Shown here: in pieces, positions 14,901 through 26,644 of the stretch
Position numbering within the stretch: the stretch's first letter is position 1
Layout: every line of letters begins with the position of its first letter
Assembly (NCBI GenBank): GCA_002269645.1
Contig: NIVC01000974.1
Location: 62,001-126,000, forward strand
Reading direction: 5' to 3'
DNA length: 64,000 bases
Source: Macrostomum lignano
Lineage: Eukaryota
The notes under the pieces: model-generated
What the model was told of the DNA's origin: nothing
Seen by the model: the letters and a program-made list of their open reading frames with translations, nothing else
The model's database searches: none
Translations under genes and position numbers: made by a program

Positions 14901-17900
14901 ATGAAGAAGTGGGTACAGAATCTCTTTGTACGCGACAAGTCAAGCTTAACAGAATGCAGCGGCTCAAGGAAAACAGGCAGCCAGATTGACAATTCATCAA
15001 CAATTCCTAAAAATCGTACGAATGCAGAAGCAATTTCAAAGCCAGCTGTTCAGAAAATTGGAGCACAGAAGGGGAGCAACCTTGCCGCAGTGACCAAAAC
15101 AGCTGTAGCAGCAGCAGATGCGAGTCCGCAAGTCAGGACTGTTTCAGCAGTGGAGACTAAACACGCCGTGATCGGGACAGTTCAGCCTATTCCTGTTTCA
15201 CCAACTACTAACAGTAGTAAAGTAGCAGAAGCAAAAACAGCGTATGGCCTTCATAGCGCTAATCAGAATAATGCACTGCAGTCGGGCAGCCCAGCTGTTG
15301 TGATAAAAAGCTATAAAGACCTTTTGAAAGAAATCATGTCCTGCACTGTCCCCACCAAGCTGCGCCTCGATCCGCAGCGCAATCAAGATGTGCAGCAGCG
15401 AGTTCGGCTGCGAAAGAAGGAATTAAAATTGAAAATGACCGCCTCCCGCGAACCCGACGATGTTGATCGTCTAGTTCTGGACGCCCCGATTCCGGTTGCA
15501 GATGACGATCCGCCGCAGTCCGGTGAGGCCTACTCTAAGAGTACAAAAAGTTCGTTTCGAAAGCCAGTTGCTTAATTTGACTTGACAGCGTTGTTGCATT
15601 TGCGATTTTAGACTATTCACAGCTGGATGCGGATGAGGTACTGCAGCGTCATCGAGAAGCTGGCGGCTCTTTGCAGATGCTTGTAAACAATGACACGTGA
15701 GTGCGGTTGAGAATATTTTCTTCTAAAAATTTTTCCTTCAAAACAACTGTCGTGTCAATGACTGTAAAAGCCTCATAATATTGGAACAGGTCAATTCTAT
15801 TAAATAGATGACAACCCAATCAAACAGGGTGCAACTACCACCCCAGCTGTCACCCCATCTAGCAGTTGTTCGTCACCCCCATCTAGCAGTTGTTTGTCAC
15901 CCTCATCTAGCAGCTGTCACTCCATCTAGCAGTTGTTTGTCACCCCATCTAGCAGCTGTCACTCCATCTAGCAGTTGTTTGTCACCCCCATCTAGCAGCT
16001 GTCACTCCATCTAGCAGCTGTCACTCCATCTAGCAGTTGTCACTCCATCTAGCAGTTGTTTGTCACCCCCATCTAGCAGCTGTCACTCCATCTAGCAGCT
16101 GTCACTCCATATAGCAGCTGTCACTTTATCTAGCAGCTGTCACTCCATCTAGCAGCTGTCACTCCATCTAGCAGCTGTCACTCCATCTAGCAGCTGTCAC
16201 TCCATCTAGCAGCTGTCACTCCATCTAGCAGCTGTCACTCCATCTAGCAGCTGTCACTCCATCTAGCAGCTGTCACTCCATCTAGCAGCTGTCACTCTAT
16301 CTAGCAGCTGTCACTCCATCTAGCAGCTGTCACTCCATCTAGCAGCTGTCACCCCCATCTAGCAGCTGGCACTCCATCTAGCAGGTGCCATCCCATCTAA
16401 AACGTATCTAACAGGTTACGGTTATCTAAAAAATTACTCCTCTGACTCCTTTTATCAACACAAGATAGCCTTACCTCTCCGAACATGATGCAGGCTGTAC
16501 ACACTGTACGCGTCACTTAATCGCTTGGACGTGGTGAAGCGGCTGTTTAGGCACCAGATGAACAGCGAAATGGGCCTATACGAATCAGTGAATATTCGCA
16601 CCCCAGCCACTGACGGACGGACTTGCCTGTACGCTTTTGCTGCCAACTATAATCTGGAAGGCGTCAGATTCTGCGTTTTGACGTCGTTTCCCAATGCATA
16701 CGAAGGATGGATGACAGCAGCCATGGCTGTTCTGTCTGCATCAGCTTGCGAGCAGCTGCAGCTTGACTGTTGCGTGCAGTTTCTGCTTCGCGTGCTCAGC
16801 TCTCTGGGCAATGGTAGGGGAATCCGCTGTCTTTATGTTGGTCGGGAGCAGTAAAGGCTAGATGGGGATCAGGGAAGGTTGGGAGGGAATAGCGGGGAGC
16901 AGGGAAGGTTGGGAGGGAATAGCGGGGATCAGGGAAGGTTGGGAGGGAATATCGGGAATCAGGGAAGGCTGGGAGGGAATAGCGGGGAGCAGGGAAGGTT
17001 GGGAGGGAATAGCGGGGATCAGGGAAGGTTGGGAGGGAATATCGGGAATCAGGGAAGGCTGGGAGGGAATAGCGGGGATCAGGGAAGGATGGGAGGGAAT
17101 AGCGGGGATCAGGGAAGGTTGGGAGGGAATATCGGGAATCAGGGAAGGATGGGAGGGAATAGCGGGGATCAGGGAAGGTTGGGAGGGAATAGCGGGGATC
17201 AGGGAAGGATGGGAGGGAATAGCGGGGATCAGGGAAGGTTGGGAGGGAATAGCGGGGATCAGCGAAGGTTGGGAGGGAATAGCGGGGATCAGGGAAGGTT
17301 GGGAGGGAATAGCGGGGAGCAGGGAAGGTTGGGAGGGAATAGCGGGGATCAGGGAAGGTTGGGAGGGAATAGCGGGGAGCAGGGAAGGTTGGGAGGGAAT
17401 AGCGGGGAGCAGGGAAGGATGGGAGGGAATAGCGGGGATCAGGGAAGGATGGGACAGAATTTCAAGCATCAGGGGAGGATGGGGGAAATGCGGGTGAATA
17501 TAATAGTATAAAGTACATGCCAGGCAATTCAAAATGAACTGAATATGTGTATATTGGTGCTGAATCGACCGCATCAGCACCTGTAGCAAACTTTGTTTCG
17601 GTTCTTTCTAGCATGCTCGGTGCACCTGAACGACTATTTGAATTGGCACCAACTGTGCTTGTGGCTGCCTCAGCACGTGGCCCGTGGCTACACGCTGTTG
17701 CACTTTGCCTGCGCCTACTGCAAGCCGCCGCTCATCAAAGCGCTGTTGAACCACGGCGCCAATCCGACCCTCTTAACGGCGGTGGCAACTCAGAATGGGA
17801 GACGGTGCAACGCTTTCGAAATTTGCAGCCAATTACAGTCGCCCGAAACTGTGTCCGTTGTCACGCAGATGATGCTGGAAGCCTGCAGTGCGAGTGGCTG

Positions 17901-17925
17901 GCCGGTTCAGGAGCACTTGGCTTAA
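14901..17925 (+). CDS. Uncharacterised protein with a low-complexity N-terminus and C-terminal ankyrin-like repeats, 4 coding exons, about 446 aa
   Basis: Exons 14901-15522, 15612-15696, 16494-16813 and 17612-17925 are phase-consistent GT/AG. Ankyrin-like segments DGRTCLYAFAANYNLEGVRF and RGYTLLHFACAYCKPPLIKALLNHGANP. Confidence 0.75.
15835..16400. repeat. Tandem array, 19 bp, ankyrin gene intron 2
   Basis: CATCTAGCAGCTGTCACTC. Confidence 0.95.
16862..17455. repeat. Purine-rich tandem array, 30 bp, ankyrin gene intron 3
   Basis: GGGATCAGGGAAGGTTGGGAGGGAATAGCG. Confidence 0.95.
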
Positions 17926-17969
17926 CAATTGTATTTCCACCTCGGTTCTTTTGAGGTGCAAATGTTGTA

Positions 17970-18572
17970 GTAGACAGTCTGGGTCATAGATAGTGTGCCA
18001 TAGTCCACGTCATGGACATTCCGTGTCATAGACAGTCGTGTCAAAGACAGTCTGGGTCATAGGAGTCGTGTCAAAGACAGTTTGGGTCATAGGCAGTCCC
18101 ATGTCAGAGACAGGCTGGGTCATAGACAGTCCCATGTCATAGACAGTCCCATGTCATAGACAGTCCCATGCCATAGACAGTCCCATGTCAGAGACAGTCT
18201 GGGTCATAGACAGTCCCATGGCAGAGACAGGCTGGGTCATAGGCATAGCCAATCTGTAGCATAGCTAGTCTGGGTCATAGACAATCCATGTCAGAGACAG
18301 TCTGGGTCATAGACAATCCATGTCAGAGACAGTCTGGGTCATAGAAAATCCATGTCAGAGACAGTCTGGGTCATAGACAATCCATGTCAGAGACAGTCTG
18401 GGTCATAGACAATCCATGTCAGAGACAGTCTGGGTCATAGACAATCCATGTCAGAGACAGTCTGGGTCATAGACAATCCATGTCAGAGACAGTCTGGGTC
18501 ATAGACAATCCATGTCAGAGACAGTCTGGGTCATAGACAATCCATGTCAGAGACAGTCTGGGTCATCGACTG
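17970..18572. repeat. Tandem array, 32 bp, just 3' of the ankyrin gene stop
   Basis: AGACAGTCTGGGTCATAGACAATCCATGTCAG. Confidence 0.95.
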
Positions 18573-20033
18573 TCTTTCAGCCAGTTAGTTCAAAGTCATG
18601 CAAGTGGTATTACTCGTTATGAAAACTAAACGCGAGTCCTGCTCTCTCAGGTAGCAAGACTACAACACAAGCATCCCACTCTTGATTTTGCTTGATTTTG
18701 ATCTCTTGATCAAGTCGATGATCGAGAAGTTCCTACAAAATTAAAAAAATCGATACCCATACCATGTTAGCTGTTCGATGCATTCTATTATGCAATGGAT
18801 GCCAATAAAATATTTGTTTGCGTGTTGGACTGGCCGGACTAAATTCTCTTCGTCTCTTTTCAGAGAACGATACGACGTATCATTGGCCTCTTTAGTACGA
18901 GCGCATTGTACACTGATTCCGTTCTCGTTGATAACCTAAGCTCTTTTACCTGCTTACGTAATAAATTGATTGTCTTTCGAGCCAACAATAAAGTACAGTG
19001 TGTCGTGTATTAGCATGCATTATAATAGTACCAACAACAATACCTTTTATTTTTGTCAAGCCATGTAATGTCAGGGCTTGTAACTACGTGCTTAAAGTTC
19101 AATAATGTATAAATCTGCAAAGGTAAGATATTCTGTTTTACTGTACATAACTCAATCTTGTCCTGCTTTAAATTGTCCTTTATTGTCTTTGGTTTCTTCC
19201 AGGCGGTACAGCCGTAACATTACTCTAGTTTTTAGCCGAGAGGGCAAGCTTTACAACTGCAGCGGGTTGAAACTGCTCAAATTACAAGTAGATACTTCTA
19301 AACCCAACAGTGATACTCTGGCGCGACTGATATTCTGTAGTCTGCAGAACTCTCCAACTCAAAAATAGCATCAAGCCTCGAATTCACATGTGAACCGCAT
19401 TGTTTTCCGTATTTTATTTATATCAATCTGTTTTTTAGGCCAGTTTAATTTCAACTAGAATTATACCTATTGAATACATACCATCATTCTGACTACATGA
19501 ATTGATGCTGCTTGCTCTGCGCTGATTTCCCGCGGTTACAATAAATTTTCGGTCGCTTCTTAACAAAATACGAGTGCCACAGACGCACATTTTTCTGCAA
19601 CTCATTACTTGCGTGCCTTAATAAGGATAATTGTCACAAACTTGTACATATTATAGGATGAGTTTATACTCAAGACCGTTTATTGTTTTAGAGCGAAATA
19701 AATTTTATGCCGATAATTTAATTATTGTATTGTATCGGACATTTTTCCTTCATCAGAGATGTGTTTATTAATCTTGAAGACTGCCCGAAAATCGGAATAT
19801 TTGTGTTAGCAAATTCTGTTAAATGATTTCTCCTACTTTTAATTATATTTTTCTAGCAGCGGAACAAAATCAAAATGTGCAGCAGTATGCTTTAAACGCC
19901 AAAATTGGCGCGACTGGTATTTAAAGCTATAAGGAACGCAATATAATAATAATGCTCGGCAAACCATCGTCGAAGCTATATATATGTAAATTTTCACCAT
20001 TCAAAGTAGAGCTAGAATCATCCATTCAGTCTA

Positions 20034-20741
20034 CTTCGGGTGTCCCAAATTTATTTAGACTTCTCGCTAAACTTAACAATATCAACTGCAGCAACAAACA
20101 AACCATCAGTCAGTGATGTAATCTCCTTGGCATTGAATAACAGCGTCGCAGTGCTCCCAAAGTCGATTCAACTCCTGCTGCAGGCTCTCAATCTCCGGAC
20201 CCCTTGCCCACTGCAACGTCGCCTCTTGAACTTCAACATGGTTCCCAAACTGGCGATGCTCAAAGTCTCGCTTCAGCCAAGAAAACAAAAAACGGTCACA
20301 AAGATTTAAATCTGGACTGTACGGTGTCTGGTGCAGCAATCGGATGCCTCTTCTCCATGAAATGTTGAGTTGCTGCAGCTGTGTGAGGCCGGGCGTTGTC
20401 CCACTGCCAGATGAAAAATAAAGTATTGTATTGGTAATATAGCTAGCTATACAGAAGGAAGAATTCCTAATTTTAACTTTATTTTTCAAGCCATAGACAT
20501 CTAAATCACACTTGCATTAGTGTAGTTGTCTATGGTCTAATGTCCAGATGGTTATGAAACTAATTTCGGCGAACCCAGAATCAGCGAAATGAGAATGTCG
20601 GCGAACCGAGAATCGGCGAAATGAGATTCGGCGAAACGAGAATCGGCGAAATGAGAGGTACCCGTGGTGCGCTGACAGCTGTAGCTATAGTTCACTCTTC
20701 AAATAGCAGCAGTAATCTAAATAAATTTGGGACACATGAAG
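20034..20741 (-). mobile_element. Internally deleted mariner (Tc1/mariner) element
   Basis: About 27-bp TIRs (CTTCGGGTGTCCCAAATTTATTTAGAC / ATCTAAATAAATTTGGGACACATGAAG) flanked by TA. Transposase C-terminus PYSPDLNLCDRFLFSWLK...QGDY at 20106-20400. Confidence 0.88.
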
Positions 20742-21180
20742 TATCAATTAATCCATATAACACGGAAAAATATTTAATAATTAATCAATACATGTACATG
20801 TTTCATTTTTATTATACCACTTCTATAAAACATATGCTAAATTTTACATTTAAGCGTAGTGCGACACAATCTCGCGCTGTTTGTTCTAAATTAATTATTT
20901 TATCTCGAATTTCACAAGCGCATGTATATTCATTATTCACCCAGAATTCCTTAGTTAGTCTAACCGGGTCCTGGAAGCCCACAATTTATGCATGTAAATA
21001 TTTTAGTCTCATTTTTAAAAGTATATTATAAATTTAAGTCGACGACAAATTGTATTTCACCTCGCTGAACCACTCGCTGAATGGCTCGTTAAATCACCGT
21101 AAATGTAAATGTAACCACGCAAGGACTACTCAAGTAGAGTAGTTTAGTACTTTAGTAGTCCTTTGAATGTTACGTGATCT

Positions 21181-22013
21181 AGGCTTTTCACGAAGATCGG
21201 TTCCAGAACCAGAATTGGTAGGAAAATGAAAAGCATCGAATCTTTTTATTCTTTTTCTGTCTAATTATATTTACTTCTCAAAAGATAAAAACATTTTTTA
21301 TCTACGAGCTATAATAGAGAGAAATCAGTATTCTTTTTGAAATGTTTGAAATGTTATTTCAAATTCGTCCTGGGGCCTTTTCATATTACCAATTCCAGAA
21401 CCAGAATCGGTTCGGAATTCCAAGAAAAACAGCAGTATAACTATTAAACTCTGTTAATATTTGACTGCCTTAACAACCTCACTTAGCACAATTTTTCACT
21501 TTCTTCTTGGCGATTGTCATTTAATAATAAAAACTTTATAGCACGTATCTCCCTCTAGTTATGGAGACTAAAAGTTATACTTCACAAATTGGTTCTGGTT
21601 CTAGAACAGGGGCGTAGCGAGGGGGGTATCGGTATATCGGCCGATACCCCCAAATTTCCAAAGCAACATTTTTTTCCTTTTTTCAGTTGCAATTGTGACC
21701 ATTAACTAAGGAAGAGAAAGGTATCCAAATCGAAAGAATAACAATTAACAAACAAATAGAGTAATTATATGTATTATGCACTAGAAATACATTAAGGGGA
21801 TATGTGGATCTCAAGCCCTTGCTTTCTGATAACAGCTAACCGATACCCCCAAAAAAAATCCTGGCTACGCCCCTGTTCTAGAACCAGAACAAGCAATATG
21901 AAAAGGCCCCTGTTGTTTCCATAGACAAGCGACAACGGTTTCTCGGACCGAATTCCAGAATCGGATCACGGTTCTAGAACCAAATCTGAAAACGGAACAG
22001 AATATGAAAAGCT
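21181..22013. mobile_element. Three nested MITEs: outer Harbinger-like, inner Harbinger-like (21373-21909), innermost hAT-like (21607-21875)
   Basis: Inner TIR GGGCCTTTTCATATT / AATATGAAAAGGCCC with CTG on both sides. Innermost TIR CAGGGGCGTAGC / GCTACGCCCCTG with 8-bp TSD TTCTAGAA. The outer ends (AGGCTTTTCA / TGAAAAGCTT) are less certain. Confidence 0.7.
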
Positions 22014-22099
22014 TCGAACCGATTCTGCTGGTTAACTGGGATCTGAAAAGGACTGAAAAGACAAATCGGTAAATGTATATTATAACAATTTAGTACCTA

Positions 22100-25000
22100 A
22101 ATATGTTAGTATCTAACACGAGGCCAACTCCTCCTCTGGAGGAGAAAGGGGAAGAACTCCCATCACCGGAATTCCATTCCCTGAAATCCATCAGCTGAAA
22201 TTCCATGACTTGAATCCCATCTTCCAAATCATCTCCAAATCCTCTGTAAAGCCTTTCCATTACCATATCTTGTTTTCCCTGTTCGCAAAAACTGACTGCC
22301 ATTGTCCAGACTCAGATTCTTCTGTCTCCTCTCTTCTCTTTTCTCTCCTCTCACGTCTCTCATCTCTACCACCTTATTTATCTCTTCTCCCTCATCTTTC
22401 GTCTTTCTCTCCTGTCTCCTTTATCCCCTGTTTTCACCTCTCTCCTCTCTTCTCTCCTCTCTCATCTCACATCCCTCATGCCTCATCTCACTATTTCTTT
22501 CTCCTCTACTCTCAGCTCCTCTCTTCTCTCTCCTCTCATCTCTCCTGTCTCCCTCTGCTATCTCATATCTTCCCTCTCATCTCCTCTCTCCTCTTTTCTT
22601 CTCTCTCCCTCTTCGTTCCCGCCTTACTCCCCTCTTCTCTCCCATCTGTCATGTCTAATCTGTCCTCTCTCATCTCTACTCTCTTTTCTATAATCTCTTC
22701 TCTCTTCTCTTTTCACTCTTCTCTTTACTCTCTTTACTGACTGACTGAAGATACCAAATCCATCAAAATCCCTCCGTGAAACAGAAATCCTCTCCGCGAA
22801 ACAGAAATCCTCTCCGCGAAACAGAAATCCTCTCCGCGAAACAGAAATCCTCTCCGCGAAACTGGACTCCTTTCGAAATCCAATCCGCCAAACAGAAATC
22901 CTCTCCGTGAAACTGGGCTCCATGGAAATCCTCTGAGTGAAACTGACATCCATCAAAATCGTCTCCGTAAAACAGAAATACATCTAGATTCTCTCCACGA
23001 AAAAGAAATCCTCTCCGTGAAACCGAAAACCATCAGAATACTCCGTGAAACTGGACTCAATCGAAATTTTCTCTGTCAAAAAGAACTTAACTCTCAGAAT
23101 TCATTGGTTAGGGTTAGGGTTAGAGCTGCACAGAGCTGCGTGTTGAATTAATTGAATCAATTAATTGCGCAAACCATTTCTCAGTCAGACAGTATCAGTC
23201 TTATTTAAATTTAAATAAACGGTTGCGCAGTCTAAATCAACCCTTTAATACGCAGCGGCAGACCCCCTTCCAATACGCCCAACTTTATCTATTACGTCTC
23301 GCAAAACTGAGTACAATTTTTGCAGAAAGTTAAAAGTATGGAAATAGTTTTTTAAATGCGGTGCTTTTTCTTTTCATATTTAAAGCATACAACTTATATC
23401 CCCGAACTCAGCGCTGCAAGATCTTTCCAGCAATATAAGTCTCTTCTCTCAAAGTTTAAAACTCGAGGAACAGTTAGCGTTTGAAATTTACCGATTTCCC
23501 GACTGCTTGCTAGAGAAGCTCGCAAGTTTATTCATTGAATTTCACTGCCAAACTAATACACAGGGCTGCCAATAATAAAACCAAATGAATCTCGACACAG
23601 TCTTTTCATATCTTTTCATATTTAAAGCATACAACTTATATCCCCGAACTCAGCGCTGCAAGATCTTTCCAGCAATATAAGTCTCTTCTCTCAAAGTTTA
23701 AAACTCGAGGAACAGTTAGCGTTTGAAATTTACCGATTTCCCGACTGCTTGCTAGAGAAGCTCGCAAGTTTATTCATTGAATTTCACTGCCAAACTAATA
23801 CACAGGGCTGCCAATAATAAAACCAAATGAATCTCGACACAGTCTATCTATTTACACTGTACAACTGCTATGTACACTCAGCCCAAGCCCAACCCCCCGT
23901 TCTGGGGGAAGCATTAAATTTAACTCAACCCCCCAACACGCGGGGGGTTTTATTTGCATTGAACCCATAACACGCGCACCCACCACCCCTCAATACACAG
24001 CGGCCCGCGGGCGGAGGTTGGGGTGGCTATTTTTACAAACTGGCTGCAGCCCCAGGCAGAGTGGCCAAAGAAGGTTATTGGGGGTTAAAAAAGCAGTTTT
24101 CTGCTTTTTTAGGGATGTTAAAATGTGAAAATTAAAAATTAAAAAAGCCTAAAGCCTGCTCCGGAAAATTTGCAGTTTTCCCATATAAGTTTCGACGCTG
24201 ACTTGCTAGTTGTCTAGGAGAAAAATCGCAACACACACACAATCATCGCACCAGTTTTAGTATTAACGAGGCCAACTCCTCCGATGGAGGAGAAAGGGGA
24301 AGAATTCCCATCACCGGTACTCCATTCCCTGAAATGCCATTCCCTGAATCCCATCATCCAACTCCTCTCCGCGAAACTGAACATCATCGAAATCTTCTCC
24401 GTAAAAGAGAACTCCATCAAACACCTCTCCGTGAAACTGACATTCATCAAAATCCCCTCCGAGAAATAGAAATCCTCTCCGTGAAACTGGACTCCATGGA
24501 AATCCTCTCCGTGAAACTGACATTCATCAAAATCCCCTCCGAGAAACAAAAATCCTCTCCGTGAAACTGGACTCCATGGAAATCCTCTCCGTGAAACTGA
24601 CATTCATCAAAATCCCCTCCGAGAAACAGAAATTCTCTCCATTAAACTGGACTGAATCGAAATTTTCTCCGTAAAAAAGAATCAACTCTCAGGATTTAGT
24701 GGTTAGGGTTAGGGTTAGGGTTAGGGTTAGAGCTACAACGCAGCAGCGTGTTGAACCAATTGAATTAATTGAATGCGCAACCGATTTCACAGTCAGTCAG
24801 TATCAGTCTCGGTAAAAAGTTAACAAAAAGATTGCGCAAACTAAATCAACCCTCCAATACACAGCGACTGACCCCCTTCCAATACGCAGTGGCAATTAAA
24901 AGTTGAACCCCCCCCTCCCACCAACTGTTGGGGGTTGGTCGAACCCCCATTGAACTCCAAAATGAGTACACTGCCGAAAGTTAAAAGTATGGAAATCGTT

Positions 25001-25721
25001 TTTTAAATGCTGTGCTTTTTGTTTTCACATTTAAAGCAAACAACTTATATCCCCGAACTCAGTATTGCAAGATCTTTCCAGTAATATAAGTCTCTCCTCT
25101 GAAAGTTTAAAACTCGAGGAACAGTTAGCGCTTGAAATTTCCTGATTTAAAGCATTAAAGTATCGAGTGTACGTTCACAGCCTGCTAAAGAGGCTCGCAA
25201 GTTTATTCATTAAATTTTACTGCCCAGCAAATACACATGGCTGCCTATTGAATGCCGCCGATAATAAAACCAATTAAATCTCGACACAGTCCTAGCTATC
25301 TCCTTACACTGTACAACTGCTATGTACACTCAGCCCAAGCCCAACCCCCTCCCATTCCGGGGGAATCGTTAAATTTAATTGAACCCCCCAACACGCGGGG
25401 GGGGGTTATTTGCATTGAACGCGTAACACGCGCACCCACCACCCCTCAATACACAGCGGCCCGCGGGCGGAGGTTGGGGTGGCTATTTTTACAAACTGGC
25501 TGCAGCCCCAGTCAGAGTGGCCAAAGAAGGTTATTGAGGGTTAAAAAAACAGTTTTCTGCTTTTTTAGGGATCTTAAAATGTAAAAATGAAAGATTAAAA
25601 TAGCTATAAACCCAATCCGGAAAATTTGCAGTTTTCCCATATAAGTTTCAACGCTGACTTGCCAGTAGTCTAGGAGAAAAATTGCAACACACAAACAAAC
25701 ATCGCACCACTTTTAGTATTA
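22100..25721. repeat. Two diverged head-to-tail copies of a 1.5-2.2 kb composite repeat with motif arrays and (TTAGGG)n
   Basis: Shared head CGAGGCCAACTCCTCC..GGAGGAGAAAGGGGAAGAA (about 22110 and 24268), CTCCGTGAAAC arrays, TTAGGG runs (about 23106 and 24700) and shared end CGCACCA-TTTTAGTATTAA (about 24247 and 25702). Copy 1 has a CT-rich tract (22300-22740) and an internal duplication of about 240 bp (23371-23850). Confidence 0.8.
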
Positions 25722-25799
25722 AGAGACGAAAATGATGGTATGAAAAAAGCACAATAACTTATTAAGTTTTCATTATAAGTAAATATTAGCATTCGGTTT

Positions 25800-26000
25800 A
25801 ATCATATTTGCCAATCAGAAAGCCAACTTTCTTTTCCTAGAATGGGCAAATAATTAACCTGAATGGTGTGTGTCGCGTGACGTGTGTATCAGGGTGCTTT
25901 GATTTATCACTTTTATATCGAAAGTAAAGCTCAGCCGGCCGCCTAGAATAGACAGAGCTCTGACAACCTAAATACGTGACTTGTATAACATCAATGCAGA
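25800..26000 (+). promoter_or_regulatory. Candidate promoter for the RRP4(-VPS54) unit
   Basis: GCCAATCAG at 25810, CRE-like GTGACGTG at 25877 and a local CpG cluster, upstream of the CpG-depleted tract. Positional inference only. Confidence 0.3.
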
Positions 26001-26102
26001 ATTCTCCGCAAAAAAAGCAATTGACTTTTTTAATGTTGACAATTCGAAAATTAAGTTTAATGTTTATATACACATGTTATACATTGTATACATATACACT
26101 AA

Positions 26103-26346
26103 GGTGCTCTTCACGGCAATCGGTTCTAGAACCAGAATAGATTCGAGTTCTAGAACCAGAACCGGTGTGAAATGAGGAGCTTTGAACGCATGACGCATAA
26201 ATGGTTCGATAAAATTTCTCGAACCATATTCTAGAACCAAAACCATGTTCCGGAACTGATTCTGTTTTTTTGAACCATCAATTCGAAGAGCATCAAACCG
26301 GTTTAGAACCGGTTCCGTTTTTTGAACAGGCGATATGAAGAGGCTC
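26103..26346. mobile_element. PIF/Harbinger-like MITE (GGTTCTAGAACC-rich family)
   Basis: Ends GGTGCTCTTCA / TGAAGAGGCTC with TAA on both sides; inverted homolog at 59452-59809. Confidence 0.75.
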
Positions 26347-26601
26347 TAAGTGGTAATATCATTTTGTGTAGATATCTAAGAGGCTCGAACTTTAAGCTTA
26401 ATTGAGAAGCTTTTTATACCACACTGTCACTAGCAAAAAGCCATAAAGTTGTTGAGTTGATGCTTTTTTCTTTGGTAATTATATCATATTGGCATATAGC
26501 CTATATATAGGTTTCTGTTCTAACTCCAATACAATAAAAAAATCCTAAGCTAATGAGTTATACCCAATTAGATTTATAATATTTAGTGTTATTTATATTA
26601 A

Positions 26602-26644
<43 letters not shown>

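Noticed and set aside
19725-19765. Hammerhead-like CTGATGA plus short stem on the minus strand
   Set aside because: No GAAA core and no stems I/III around a cleavage triplet.
26103-26346. Heat-shock elements carried by the TTCTAGAA-rich MITE family
   Set aside because: Only two-unit nTTCnnGAAn matches; no clean three-unit HSE found.
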